Assembly: GCA_016182785.1 (NCBI GenBank)
Contig: JACPFU010000024.1
Span: forward strand, 1 to 64,000
Reading direction: 5' to 3'
Source: Lysobacterales bacterium
GTDB taxonomy: Bacteria > Pseudomonadota > Gammaproteobacteria > Xanthomonadales > Ahniellaceae
DNA length: 64,000 bases
The position numbers and the translations under genes are program-made. The notes beneath the pieces are model-generated. The model was not told the origin of the DNA and searched no databases. It saw nothing but the letters and a program-made list of their open reading frames with translations. Positions 38,686 to 49,083 of this stretch are shown here, one piece after another (position 1 is the first letter of the stretch; the number at the start of each line of letters is the position of its first letter).

Positions 38686-39308
38686 GTGTTGGTCCCAACT
38701 GGCCTGGGGTCTTGGCCTTGCCGAGTCAGGCGTGACGCGGGCGGCGCGGAGAATAGCGTGGCCGGGTCGTCTGCGGTTGCCGGGGTCTGGCAGCGTGGCA
38801 GGACTGCCCCCTGCGATGACGGAAGCGATCGCTTGGCTTCGTGTCTGAACAGCCGTCTCAGGATCGCAAGTTCTTCGTCCAGTTCGCCGATGGCGCGTGC
38901 CACTCGACTGCGCGAACAGTAGTTGAAGTCCTGCTCGGTGACGTGGCGCGAGGAGACGTACAGCAGCAGATAGTCGCCGTTGCCGATCTCTGGGGCAGTG
39001 GCGCAGCTATCGGCGTAGCTGCCTAGTGCGAGGCGCACGGTGATCTCTTGCGGCGAGCTGGGCGAGGGCTTGAAGTCCTCGACGACCCGGGCCCGCGCTG
39101 TATGCAGCGTGGTCATCGAGTCGCCCGATCCCCGTTGCGTGCGCTGGTGCTGCTCGACCACCGCCAGCACGACATGGGTTTCGCGTGCCCACGCGGCTTC
39201 GATCTGGTCGGCCAGCGCAAGATCGCTGTCCGAGCAAGTGCAGGCCAGCGCCAGCGGCGACAGCATTGCCGCGAGCAAGCCGAGGAGAAAAACGCCGGCG
39301 GCATTCAT
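38682..39308 (-). CDS. hypothetical lipoprotein
   Basis: Lipobox LALAC. The ATG overlaps the MAPEG stop (ATGA). The C-terminal third is low complexity, so its true extent is uncertain. Confidence 0.4.
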   Translation of the reverse strand: MNAAGVFLLGLLAAMLSPLALACTCSDSDLALADQIEAAWARETHVVLAVVEQHQRTQRGSGDSMTTLHTARARVVEDFKPSPSSPQEITVRLALGSYADSCATAPEIGNGDYLLLYVSSRHVTEQDFNYCSRSRVARAIGELDEELAILRRLFRHEAKRSLPSSQGAVLPRCQTPATADDPATLFSAPPASRLTRQGQDPRPVGTNT

Positions 39309-39712
39309 GACAGCAGCAGATACGACCACCAGCTGGCGATGCCCAGCTGCACGGCGAAGGCGCAGAAGCGCAGCGTCACGGCGGCGGCGCTGGTCGAGGC
39401 GAGATGGATGGTCGATTGCGCGATGCGCGCCGCGAGCACGACGTAGGCGAGCGGATCGGTCAGTGTCGTCCGCGAAGTCGCGATCGCGACCAGCATCAAG
39501 CCGCCGAAGATCGGCAGCCCTTCGAGGCAATTGGCGTGGGCGCGCGCCAGCCGTTGCATGAACGGCGACAGGTTGGCGTTGTCGGGAACGAAGGCATTGG
39601 CGGCCACCTGCTTCGACAGCACCAGCTGCGAGCGGATGATCTCCATCAACAGCAGCAGGGCAAGCGCCCAGGCGATGAATGCGGTCAGTGCGGTGGCGGT
39701 GGCGGAGTGCAT
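39305..39712 (-). CDS. MAPEG-family membrane protein
   Basis: 135 aa with 3-4 TM segments and the MAPEG-like pattern (ERAQ/RAHANCLEGLP.F). Confidence 0.6.
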   Translation of the reverse strand: MHSATATALTAFIAWALALLLLMEIIRSQLVLSKQVAANAFVPDNANLSPFMQRLARAHANCLEGLPIFGGLMLVAIATSRTTLTDPLAYVVLAARIAQSTIHLASTSAAAVTLRFCAFAVQLGIASWWSYLLLS

Positions 39713-39885
39713 GCGTGGCTCCTGCGGGGTGGCACCCGATTGTGCCGAAGCTGGCGCCGACGCGCTCGAACATCGCGGCGGGTGGCCAGTCCGTTGCCCC
39801 GGCGGAAGCCGTCGCCGTACGACCGGATCGCCGCGTGCACATTCGCGCTGATAGGCTGGCGCTTTCGATTGCCGGGATCCTGCTC

Positions 39886-42792
39886 ATGCGTCCGTACCGA
39901 CTGTTGCCATTCACCGCCGCGCTCGCGCTGGTCAGCGCCCCGGTGCTGACGAAGCCGCTGCCCGCCGATGCGCAGGCCTGTTTCCGCGAGGTCACCAGCA
40001 CGCTGGCCGACGATGCGATGGAAGGCCGCGGCACCGGGACCAAGGGCAACGACATGGCCGCGCTCGCGATTGCACAGTGGTTCGACGCGCTCGCGCTGAC
40101 GGCGCCGAAGGCCGGACGCATGCAGCCGTTCGAGGCGAACACCGGCATCCGCATCGGCGAGCACAATGCACTGCGAGACGCCAAGTACGGTGAGGACTGG
40201 ACCCCGCTCGGCTTCGCGAAGTCGGGCGAGTTCGCCGGCGACGTGGTGTTCGCCGGCTACGGCATCCGCGCCAAGGATCTGAACTACGACGACTACGCCG
40301 GGCTCGATGTGAACGGCAAGGTCGTGCTCGCGCTGCGCTTCGAGCCGGGCGAGAACGACGAGAAGTCGCCGTTCGACGGCAAGAAGCCGACGCGCTATTC
40401 CGACCTGCGCGCAAAGGCGATCCAGGCGCGCGAAGCGGGCGCGGTTGCGTTGGTCCTGGTGTCGCCGCCGCAGAGCGCGGACGAGCCGGACAAGTTGCCG
40501 CCGCTGAAGACCATGGGGCCGCTGTCGGATGCCGGCATCCCGGTGCTGCAGGTCACGCGCGCGCTGGCCGATCGCTGGCTGGCCGCGAACGACACCACGC
40601 TGGCGAAAGCACAGGCGGCAATCGACACCAGTTACCAGCCGGCCTCGTTCGCGTTGAAGAACGTGCAGACCGGCGGCCGCATCGATCTGCATCCGCTGAT
40701 CGCGAAGACGCAGAACGTGGTCGGTGTGCTGCCCGGCAGTGGTGCGCTGGCGGACGAATACGTCGTCGTCGGCGCGCACTTCGATCATCTCGGCTGGGGC
40801 GGTCAGGGCAGCTTCAAGCCCGACGTGCGCGCCATCCACAACGGTGCCGACGACAACGCCTCGGGCGTGGCCGGCATGCTGTGTGCGGCGCGGCTGCTGC
40901 AGGCACAGCCGTCGGATGTGAAGGACCAGCGCAGCCTGATGTTCGTCGCGTTCTCGGCGGAAGAAATCGGTCTCGGCGGCAGCGCCTGGTTCGTCGAGCA
41001 TCTGCCGAGCGGCAAGATCGGCGACGTCGCGGCGATGATCAACCTCGACATGGTCGGGCGCATGAACGAGCACAAGCTCAACCTGCTCGGCGCCGACAGT
41101 TCGAAGGCCTGGGAGGCGCTGGTCGCGCAGGCGAACCAGGCCGCGCCGACGGTGAAGATCAACGCCGGTGGCGACGGCTACGGACCCAGCGACCATTCCA
41201 GCTTCTACGCCGCCGGCGTGCCTGTCGTGCACTTCTTCACCGGCGCGCATGAGCAGTACCACTCGCCCGAAGACGACGCGCCGCTGCTGAACCTCGAAGG
41301 CGGTGCCGATGTCGCGCGCATCACTGCGGCGCTTGCCGATGGCGTGCGTCGTGGCCCGCGCCCGGACTACGTGCGCACCAGCGCGGCGGCACCGACCGCC
41401 GGCGACAGCCGCGGTTATGGCGCCTACTTCGGTTCGGTGCCGGACTACTCGGCGATGGAGGCAACCACCGGCGGCGTCAAGCTCAGCGACGTGCGTCCGG
41501 GAAGCCCGGCCGAGAAGGGCGGCGTGCGCAAGGGTGACGTGATCATCGGCATGGCCGGCATCACCATCAACAATCTCTACGACATGACCTTCGTGCTGCG
41601 CGAGCACAAGCCGGGTGACACCATCGACATCGTCGTCAAGCGCGACGGCAAGGAACTGAAGCTGCGCGCGACGCTGGCGCAGCGCCCGGGCGAAGCGGCA
41701 GCCGCCGCACATCCGCCGGCCGGCACGCCGGCAGCGGCCGCACCGGTCAAACATGCGAGCTTCGAGGTTGAGTCCGAGCCGCGGCATCTGCGCGAGTGGG
41801 CACCGCAGGCCGGCAAGGCGGTACCGGAGTTGATGCGCGCCGACGAACCACACCTCGCCGACCTGCGTCGCCTCACCTTCGGTGGCGACAACGCCGAGGC
41901 CTATTGGTCGCCGGACGGGCGCAAGCTCAGCTTCCAGCGCACGCCGCGCGGCGGCGACTGCGATGCGCAGTACGTGCTCGACCTCGACAGCGGCAAGGTC
42001 GAGCTGGTCTCGAGCGGCCAGGGTCGCACCACCTGCGGCTACTTCGACTATCCAAAGGGCGACTCGCTGATCTATGCGACCACCGAAGCCGCCGGCCCCA
42101 CTTGCCCGCCGAAGCCCGACTATTCGCAAGGCTACGTGTGGGCGATCTACGACAGCTTCGACATCGTGCGCCGCGATGCCGCCGGCAAGACCACGCCGCT
42201 GATCGGCGGGCCTGGCTATGACGCCGAGGCCACCGAATGTTTCCGCGACGGTCGCATCCTGTTCACCAGCACCCGCAGCGGCGATCTCGATCTGTACCTC
42301 GCCGATCGCGATGGCGGCAATGTGAAGCAGCTGACCAGCCTGGCGGGTTATGACGGCGGCGCGTTCTTCACGCCGGATTGTTCGAAGATCATCTGGCGCG
42401 CCTCGCGCCCCGAGGGCGGCGAACTCACCGACTACGAAGGCCTGCTCAAGCAGGGCCTGGTGCGCCCGAGCAAGCTCGAACTGTTCGTGATGGACGCCGA
42501 CGGCGGCAACGTGAAACAGCTGACCCGCCACGGCGTCGGCAGCTTCGCGCCGTATCCCACGCCGGATGGCAAGGGCGTGATCTACGCGACCAACGTCGGC
42601 GCCAACGCGCGCGAGTTCGACCTGCGCATCGTGCACTTCGACGGCGGCGACGAACGCATCACCACGGCGCCGAGCTTCGACGGCTTCCCGATGTTCTCTC
42701 CCGACGGCCAGTGGCTGGTGTTCGCCAGCAACCGCGCCAACAAGGAAGGCGAACGCGACACCGACCTGTATCTGGCGCGATGGGTGCCGTAG
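39886..42792 (+). CDS. M28-family zinc peptidase fused to a PDZ domain and a C-terminal TolB-like (PD40) beta-propeller
   Basis: M28 motifs (GAHFDHLGWG, NGADDNASGVAGML), a PDZ domain (GVKLSDVRPGSPAEKGGVRKGDVIIGMAG), and WD40-like/PD40 repeats (WSPDGRKLSF, FSPDGQWLVFASNR). Signal peptide from MRPYRLL. Confidence 0.75.
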   Translation: MRPYRLLPFTAALALVSAPVLTKPLPADAQACFREVTSTLADDAMEGRGTGTKGNDMAALAIAQWFDALALTAPKAGRMQPFEANTGIRIGEHNALRDAKYGEDWTPLGFAKSGEFAGDVVFAGYGIRAKDLNYDDYAGLDVNGKVVLALRFEPGENDEKSPFDGKKPTRYSDLRAKAIQAREAGAVALVLVSPPQSADEPDKLPPLKTMGPLSDAGIPVLQVTRALADRWLAANDTTLAKAQAAIDTSYQPASFALKNVQTGGRIDLHPLIAKTQNVVGVLPGSGALADEYVVVGAHFDHLGWGGQGSFKPDVRAIHNGADDNASGVAGMLCAARLLQAQPSDVKDQRSLMFVAFSAEEIGLGGSAWFVEHLPSGKIGDVAAMINLDMVGRMNEHKLNLLGADSSKAWEALVAQANQAAPTVKINAGGDGYGPSDHSSFYAAGVPVVHFFTGAHEQYHSPEDDAPLLNLEGGADVARITAALADGVRRGPRPDYVRTSAAAPTAGDSRGYGAYFGSVPDYSAMEATTGGVKLSDVRPGSPAEKGGVRKGDVIIGMAGITINNLYDMTFVLREHKPGDTIDIVVKRDGKELKLRATLAQRPGEAAAAAHPPAGTPAAAAPVKHASFEVESEPRHLREWAPQAGKAVPELMRADEPHLADLRRLTFGGDNAEAYWSPDGRKLSFQRTPRGGDCDAQYVLDLDSGKVELVSSGQGRTTCGYFDYPKGDSLIYATTEAAGPTCPPKPDYSQGYVWAIYDSFDIVRRDAAGKTTPLIGGPGYDAEATECFRDGRILFTSTRSGDLDLYLADRDGGNVKQLTSLAGYDGGAFFTPDCSKIIWRASRPEGGELTDYEGLLKQGLVRPSKLELFVMDADGGNVKQLTRHGVGSFAPYPTPDGKGVIYATNVGANAREFDLRIVHFDGGDERITTAPSFDGFPMFSPDGQWLVFASNRANKEGERDTDLYLARWVP

Positions 42793-42939
42793 CGAAACGC
42801 GGCGCATTGCTGGCGTAGCTGGATGTGCGAAGCCGTGTAGGAGCGGCACTTTGCCGCGACCATTGACGCCGCACCGCACGATCATCGCGACCATTGACGC
42901 CGCACCGCACGATCATCGCGACCATCGACGCCGCGGTGA

Positions 42940-45447
42940 TCACCCCAACGCCCGCAACGTCTCCGATGGCGGCGCGGCGACGGTGCGGCGGGTGGTGAAC
43001 CAGCCGGCGAGCACGACGAGCGCGATGCCGGTCGCGGCAACTTCGAGGCTGAGGCGCAGGTTCGGGGCCCAGGGCAGGTCGAACACGCGGGTGGCGATGC
43101 TGCCGGCGATGCCGTTGGCGGCGATCACCGCGACGAAGGCGGCGATCACGCCGATCACCAGGAACTCGGACAGTTGCGCGAATCGCAATTGCGCGCGGCG
43201 TGCGCCGAGCACGCGCATCACCGCGCCTTCGCGCAGGCGTTCGTCCTGGGTGGCGTGAATGGCCGCAACCAGCACCAGCACGCCAGCCGCGAGCGTGAAC
43301 AGGAACACCAGTTCGACCACCTCGGTGACCTGGTCGATCGTGCCTTTCACCTGTGCCAGCACTGCGCCGATGTCGATCACGCTCAGGTTCGGGAAGCGCT
43401 CGACCAGCGCATTCACCGCGCCGCGTTTGAGCTCGGGCAGATGCAGGCTGGTGATGTAGCTGGCGGGCAATTTGGCAACGGTCGCCGGCGTGCCGATGAC
43501 GAAGAAGTTCGGGCGGAAGCTCTCCCAGTCGACCGAGCGCAGGCTGGTGATCGGTGCCTCGACGCGCTGGCCGCCGACATCGAAAGCGACGACATCGCCT
43601 ACCTGCCAACCCAGCGACTTCGCGAAACCTTCCTCGACCGACCACTGCGCGCGGTCGGCATCCGACACCGTCCACAGGCGGCCGGCGGTCGCGACATTGT
43701 CATCGGCGAACTGCGCGGTCGCGCTGAGATTGAATTCACGCTCGGCGCGACGGCGCTGGCGTTCTTCCAGTGCCGCCATGGCTTCCTGGTCGAAGGCCGC
43801 GCCATTCACGGCGGCAAGGCGGCCGCGCACCAGCGGAAACAGCTGCGCTTCCGGCAGGCCTTGCTCGGCGAGCAGTGCGCGCACGCCTTCGAGTTGGTCC
43901 TGCTGGATATTCACCACGAACTGGTTCGGTGCATCGGCGGGGATTGCCTCCCGCCAGCGCGCGAGCAGGTCGGAACGCACCAGGCCGAGCAGCAGCAGCA
44001 CGGTCAGACCGAGGCCGAGCGCGGCGATCTGCGCCAGGCTCGATGCCGCGCGCCGCGACAGGTTCGCGAGCCCGTAGCGCCAGGCGCCACGCAGGCGCTG
44101 GCGCAGATGACGCAACGCGAAGATCAGCAGCGAGGCGAGCAGGGCGAGCGCGATGAACGCGAGCACGAGGCCACCGAGCAGGCTGGTCGCGAGTTCGGCC
44201 GAGCCCGACTTCCACCACAGCAGCGCGACCAGCCCGGACAAACCGACCACGGTGGTGACTAGCGCGCTGGTCTCGGTCAGCGGAATGTCCCGACGCAACA
44301 CGCGCAGCGCCGGCACCCGCCGCAGCGCCAGCACCGGCGGCAACGCGAAGCTGATCAACACGGTGAAGCCGACGGCCGCGCCATACAGCGCCGGCAGCGG
44401 GCCGGCGGCGGGCACGTCGATGCCGAGCGTGCGTTCCAGACTGTCGCCGGCGAACGATTGCAGCGCGTACGCGAGCGCGATGCCGAGCACGGAGGCGAGC
44501 ACGGTCAGCAGCAGCAGCGCGAGCAGGTGCAGGCTGGCGATCTCGCGCTGGCTGGCGCCGAGACAACGCAGCACCGCGGCATCGTCGAGGTGGCGCGCGG
44601 TATGGCGGCGCGCGGCCATCGCCACCGCGACGCTGGCGAGCACCACCGAGACCAAGGCCGCGAGGCCGAGGAAGCGGTCGGCGCGATCGAGGGCATTGCG
44701 CACTTCCGGACGCGCGTCGGCGGCGGTCTCGATGCGTTGCCCGCGTCCGAGTTGAGGTTTGAGCGTGTCGACGAAGGCGTCAACCGCACCGGTGTCGCCG
44801 GCCACGACCAGGCGATAGGTGATGCGCGCGCCGGGCTGGATCAGGCCGGTGGCGTCGAGGTCAGTCAGCGCCACGAACACTTTCGGTGCGGTGTTGAAGT
44901 AGTCGAGCACCGCATCCGGTTCCTGCACGACCAGGGCGGCGATCTGCAGTTCGCTGCGGCCAAGAAAGATGCGATCGCCGATCTGCACGCCGAGCGCATC
45001 GGCGCCGGCACGCGACAGCCAGATCGTGCCGGTGTCCGGCGCGCCGCGATGGCCGCGCTCGTTGCCGTGTTCGTCGCGCAGGCGGTACTCGCCCCGCAGC
45101 GGGTAGTCGGCGCCGAGGGCGCGCACCTCGCCGAGTTTCAGCGCCGGGCCGGCGCGCAGCATGCTGTTGAAAGTCCACACTTCGCTGTGCGCAAGGCCGG
45201 GCGATTGCGCGGCCGCGCGCAGCGCCGGTGCAATCGCCGAATCCGAGCGCAGCACGGCGTCGCCGCCGAGCAGGCGGTTCGCTTCCAGCGCCAGCGCACG
45301 CGTGGCGCGATCGGTCACGAAACCGACCGCGGTGACCGCGAGTACGGCCAGCGCGAGCGCCGCGAACAACACGCGCAACTCGCCGGAAGCGAGGTCGCGC
45401 AGCAACTGCCTGAAGGACAGACGCAGCAGCGAACGCGTCGACTTCAT
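42940..45447 (-). CDS. ABC transporter permease, FtsX-like duplicated (YbbP-type)
   Basis: 835 aa with two FtsX-like 4-TM modules and large periplasmic loops. It overlaps the upstream ATPase gene by 4 nt. Confidence 0.8.
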   Translation of the reverse strand: MKSTRSLLRLSFRQLLRDLASGELRVLFAALALAVLAVTAVGFVTDRATRALALEANRLLGGDAVLRSDSAIAPALRAAAQSPGLAHSEVWTFNSMLRAGPALKLGEVRALGADYPLRGEYRLRDEHGNERGHRGAPDTGTIWLSRAGADALGVQIGDRIFLGRSELQIAALVVQEPDAVLDYFNTAPKVFVALTDLDATGLIQPGARITYRLVVAGDTGAVDAFVDTLKPQLGRGQRIETAADARPEVRNALDRADRFLGLAALVSVVLASVAVAMAARRHTARHLDDAAVLRCLGASQREIASLHLLALLLLTVLASVLGIALAYALQSFAGDSLERTLGIDVPAAGPLPALYGAAVGFTVLISFALPPVLALRRVPALRVLRRDIPLTETSALVTTVVGLSGLVALLWWKSGSAELATSLLGGLVLAFIALALLASLLIFALRHLRQRLRGAWRYGLANLSRRAASSLAQIAALGLGLTVLLLLGLVRSDLLARWREAIPADAPNQFVVNIQQDQLEGVRALLAEQGLPEAQLFPLVRGRLAAVNGAAFDQEAMAALEERQRRRAEREFNLSATAQFADDNVATAGRLWTVSDADRAQWSVEEGFAKSLGWQVGDVVAFDVGGQRVEAPITSLRSVDWESFRPNFFVIGTPATVAKLPASYITSLHLPELKRGAVNALVERFPNLSVIDIGAVLAQVKGTIDQVTEVVELVFLFTLAAGVLVLVAAIHATQDERLREGAVMRVLGARRAQLRFAQLSEFLVIGVIAAFVAVIAANGIAGSIATRVFDLPWAPNLRLSLEVAATGIALVVLAGWFTTRRTVAAPPSETLRALG

Positions 45448-46160
45448 GCGCGGCTCACCAGGCGGCCACCATCCAGGCGCAACTGGCGCGCGCAACGCGC
45501 GGCCAGGCGCTCGTCATGGGTCACGAGGATCAGGGTGGTGCCCGCGGCCTGGTTCAGCTCGAACAGCAGCTCGGCGATCAGGCGGCCGGTGGCGGTGTCG
45601 AGGTTGCCGGTCGGTTCGTCGGCGAACAGGATCTGCGGCCGCGTCACGAACGCGCGCGCGATCGCGACGCGCTGCTGCTCGCCGCCGGAGAGCTGGCGCG
45701 GATAATGGTCGAGGCGTTCCCCGAGGCCGACGCGGCCGAGGATCGCCCGCGCCGGGGTCTCGGCATCGTCGATACCGGCCAGCTCCAGCGGCAGCATCAC
45801 GTTCTCGAGCGCGGTCAATGCCGGCAGCAGCTGGAAGTTCTGGAACACGAAGCCAATGCGTTCGCTGCGCAGCCGGGCGCGCGCGTCCTCGTCGAGCGCG
45901 GCCAGGCCAATGCCGCCGATGCGCACATCGCCGCTGCTGGCGACATCGAGCCCGGCGAGCAGCGCAAGCAGGGTCGACTTGCCGGAACCGGAGGCGCCGA
46001 CGATCGCCACCGACTCACCCGCGCGCACGCGAAACGACACGTCGTCGAGGATGGTCAGCTCGCGCCCGGGCAGCGACACGCGCCGGGTCAGGCCATGCAC
46101 GTCGATCAGCACGGGTGCGGTGTTCACCTCGGCAATGGCATCCTCACGCACGGCATTCAT
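45444..46160 (-). CDS. ABC transporter ATP-binding protein (YbbA/LolD-like)
   Basis: Walker A GASGSGKST, signature LSGGEQQRVAIARA, and Walker B ILFADEPT. Confidence 0.85.
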   Translation of the reverse strand: MNAVREDAIAEVNTAPVLIDVHGLTRRVSLPGRELTILDDVSFRVRAGESVAIVGASGSGKSTLLALLAGLDVASSGDVRIGGIGLAALDEDARARLRSERIGFVFQNFQLLPALTALENVMLPLELAGIDDAETPARAILGRVGLGERLDHYPRQLSGGEQQRVAIARAFVTRPQILFADEPTGNLDTATGRLIAELLFELNQAAGTTLILVTHDERLAARCARQLRLDGGRLVSRA

Positions 46161-46202
46161 CCACACACTCCGGCAACGGGCACAGACACGGGAATCGTCA
46201 GC

Positions 46203-46826
46203 ATGCGGCCAGTCTTGCAGATTGCAATTCAAGCTTTCGTCATGGTCGCGCTGTTGTGTGCGGGCCTGGTCGACGCCGCCGCGCCGCGGCGCGTGCTGGT
46301 GTTTGGCGATTCGCTCTCGGCCGCATTCAATCTGGCGCCGGAGCAGGGTTGGGTGCACTTGCTCGATGCGAAGCTGCAGAAGACGGGCTGGCGCGTCGCC
46401 AACGCCAGCATCAGCGGCGAGACCACCGCCGGCGGCGCCGCGCGCATCGAAGCGGTGCTGGCCGAGCAGCAACCCGAGATCGTGATCGTCGAACTCGGCG
46501 CCAACGACGGCCTGCGCGGCCTGCCGCTCGACCTCGCGAAGCAGAACCTCGAACGCATCATCACCGCCGCCAAGGCGCGCAAGGCGCGGGTGCTGCTGGT
46601 CGGCATGGAACTGCCGCCGAACTACGGGCCCGACTACACCACCCAGTTCCGCCAGATGTACGTCGATCTCGCGCAGGCACACGAGATCGCGCTGCTGCCG
46701 TTCCTGCTCGCCCCGATTTCCGACGACCGCAGCAACTTCATGGACGACAACCTGCATCCCCTCGCCAGCGCGCAACCGGTGCTGCGAGATCACGTGCTCG
46801 CCGCGCTCAAGCCGCTGCTGCGCTGA
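46203..46826 (+). CDS. tesA: SGNH arylesterase / acyl-CoA thioesterase I
   Basis: GDSLSA block I and DxxH block V (DDNLHPL). It is divergent from ybbA-ybbP, as in E. coli tesA/ybbA/ybbP. Confidence 0.8.
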   Translation: MRPVLQIAIQAFVMVALLCAGLVDAAAPRRVLVFGDSLSAAFNLAPEQGWVHLLDAKLQKTGWRVANASISGETTAGGAARIEAVLAEQQPEIVIVELGANDGLRGLPLDLAKQNLERIITAAKARKARVLLVGMELPPNYGPDYTTQFRQMYVDLAQAHEIALLPFLLAPISDDRSNFMDDNLHPLASAQPVLRDHVLAALKPLLR

Positions 46827-46868
46827 ACCGGGTGTTGGACCGCGATCCTGGCCCGATACCCGGCGCCC

Positions 46869-47435
46869 TCAAGGATTGCGTTCGACCGCATCGGCAATCA
46901 TCGGCGCCACCCCTCGAAGCCCCTCCAGTGACAGTGAGCCTCGCTGATACAACTCGTACCAACTCCGTCGCCAGCGAATGATGCGCTCCCCATCCGCCAG
47001 GCCCAGATAGTTCAAGGTGTGCATGGCCTTGGTGCGCAAGCGAGCCGGCACCTTGTCGGTCATCCGCAATTGCAGCGATGGCAACAGGATTTCGAACCAT
47101 CCGGCCCGCACTTTTTCAGGGTCCAAGATGCGGTCGTCCTGGGCGCGCTTCCTTGAGTTCATCGTGGCCGAGGCGAAGCGATAGTTGCTCCACTCGTAAG
47201 CCAAGTCCCGGTGATTGGTGAAGCTGAGGTAATGATCGACGGTTCCTCCGGTGAAGTCGGCCATTGACGCGTATCCGCAGAGGTTGCCGTACCCGGCTGC
47301 AAGCTCCGGCAAGCAGCTCGCCCAGAGCGCCTGGGGCCGCTTTGCCGAGGGGTTCGCCGCCAACCATCGATTGCCCGGTCGGCGAATCTTGGCGTCAAAG
47401 CCCAGAGGTTCCGACAGCCGAGGTGCGCGGATCAT
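46869..47435 (-). CDS. PtuB-like HNH-type nuclease (TIGR02646-like), Septu-like system component
   Basis: 188 aa with ...LCGY......GG.VDHYLSFTNH....EWSNYRFASATMNSRK, which fits an HNH core (GG-DH ... N ... N..K) with partly lost Cys ligands. Its start overlaps the ATPase stop by 4 nt. Confidence 0.45.
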   Translation of the reverse strand: MIRAPRLSEPLGFDAKIRRPGNRWLAANPSAKRPQALWASCLPELAAGYGNLCGYASMADFTGGTVDHYLSFTNHRDLAYEWSNYRFASATMNSRKRAQDDRILDPEKVRAGWFEILLPSLQLRMTDKVPARLRTKAMHTLNYLGLADGERIIRWRRSWYELYQRGSLSLEGLRGVAPMIADAVERNP

Positions 47436-48697
47436 CGTCGTGCCGCCTGCTTGCCGGGCAACGGTTGCGTGGAAACTACCCAGCGAGGCCAGAAGTGGTC
47501 GTGCGCGGGCAGCAGGCGTGAAAGAGCGTTGTGGATGGCTGGCTTTGAATCGAGCCCCTTCGGCAAGACACCCAGGTCTCCCCGCATGAACGCTTCAGCA
47601 GCCTCGATCGCCCGCTCGGCATCCAGCGAGCGCGCCTGTTCCAAGCCGAAAGTCTCGGAAACCAGCCAGTTCGCAGCGTCTCCCTGCGGCGCCCAGGCGC
47701 CCTGCTCAATGGTCACGACGCCGTCCTGGATTTCCAAGCGCGCCACGTCGTCCTGATCTCTGTCGAACAATGGTTCCAGCGATGCTGCGACCAATGGGGA
47801 ATGCGATGCGAGCAGGACTTGTGGCGGCGCATCGGACTTTCCCCTGAGCGCATCTACCGCCGCCAGAACGCTGGGCACGATCGTGCGTTGCCAGCGCGGA
47901 TGCAGGTGGGTCTCTGGTTCGTCGAACAGGATCACGACGCGCGATTCAGGCTTCTTGCCCAGCAGTCCTGCTGCGACCTGGTGTTCATGCCAGGCCCATA
48001 CAAGGAAATAGGCCAAGGCGAGCACACGGCGGACTCCCGCTGACGCCAGCGCCACCGGCACCGTCTGGCTGCCGATCAGCAGGGTTGGCCGGTCGCGCCC
48101 CTCGCCGAGGAACAGGCGTTGCGGCGCACCGGCGCGCAAGGTCTCTGCCACTGGAGACAACACGCGCAGCACTTCCTCCAGTACCCTGAACTGCGGCTTT
48201 CGGCCTTCTTGCCAATTGATCCAGTCGCGCTCGAGGCCTTCGCACACACGCTGGCCTCGAACGTCCAGGCCTTCCCACACTTCGCTGCTTGCAAAGTGAT
48301 AAGCGGCGGGGCGTCCCGGGTCGTTGCGCCAGTAGTTCCGCGCTGGATCCCACACCGAAAAGCCGCCATCGATGCGGATGTACACCACGACGCCCGGCAT
48401 TGGCGGTCGCTTCGCATCGACGGGCCAGGTCTCATCGGTCCGGCGAAATCTCGATACGACCGGCTTGGCTTCTCCAGCCTTGCCCTGAACGACGTACTCG
48501 ATTTGTGGATGTCTTGCCGACAACGGCGGCAAGGCCGCTGACCCAGCCCAGGTGCGCGTCAGGGCCCACCACGCCAGGTCGAGCAGAAAGCTCTTGCCCA
48601 GCCCGTTGTCTCCAGTGATCAGGTTGAGCCGCGGCGCCAAATCGAGTCGCAGGTCGGGGGCCAGTCCGAGGTTCTTGAGATTGAGGTACTTCAGCAC
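47432..48697 (-). CDS. PtuA-like ABC/AAA_21-type ATPase, Septu-like system component
   Basis: N-terminal LKYLNLKNLG...LNLITGDNGLGKS (Walker A), ILFDEPETHLHP (Walker B/D-loop), LLASHSP. A GTG start at 48697 is proposed; an in-frame ATG at 48757 is possible. Confidence 0.6.
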   Translation of the reverse strand: MLKYLNLKNLGLAPDLRLDLAPRLNLITGDNGLGKSFLLDLAWWALTRTWAGSAALPPLSARHPQIEYVVQGKAGEAKPVVSRFRRTDETWPVDAKRPPMPGVVVYIRIDGGFSVWDPARNYWRNDPGRPAAYHFASSEVWEGLDVRGQRVCEGLERDWINWQEGRKPQFRVLEEVLRVLSPVAETLRAGAPQRLFLGEGRDRPTLLIGSQTVPVALASAGVRRVLALAYFLVWAWHEHQVAAGLLGKKPESRVVILFDEPETHLHPRWQRTIVPSVLAAVDALRGKSDAPPQVLLASHSPLVAASLEPLFDRDQDDVARLEIQDGVVTIEQGAWAPQGDAANWLVSETFGLEQARSLDAERAIEAAEAFMRGDLGVLPKGLDSKPAIHNALSRLLPAHDHFWPRWVVSTQPLPGKQAARR

Positions 48698-49083
48698 GTC
48701 GTGAGGTTCTCGATGTTGTGGGCGCGGCCTGGACGACCGGATGCCGATTGGCCGCATTGGAGCGGCCAAGGCCGTCACTCCACGCGAAGTTCTCGGCCGA
48801 TGCATCGGTCGATGCGCGAGTGTGTGTCCGGCGACTCTGGCGGGTCAAGGCAGGCGGCGCGGAACCGAGCGGACGCGCCGCTCAGGCACGATGTGAGCAG
48901 GCTTCGCCCAGCTCCACCGAAGACAGCGGCCCGCGACCAGGCCAGACCTTGGCGCGAGATCATGTGCTGAAGGCGAAGAAGCCTCTGCTGGGCGAGCCAT
49001 CGGTTGGCTGGTGAACCGCACAGGTCAGGACGACAGCGCCCGCTTGCCAACAGCCTTCAGTCGATTCCCGCTTTCCGATTTCG

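Noticed and set aside
48805-49083. Small ORFs between the ATPase gene and the RDD gene, and ORFs 49376..49960(+), 49843..50154(-).
   Set aside because: No motifs, no RBS. They overlap the RDD gene or the REP element. Left uncalled.
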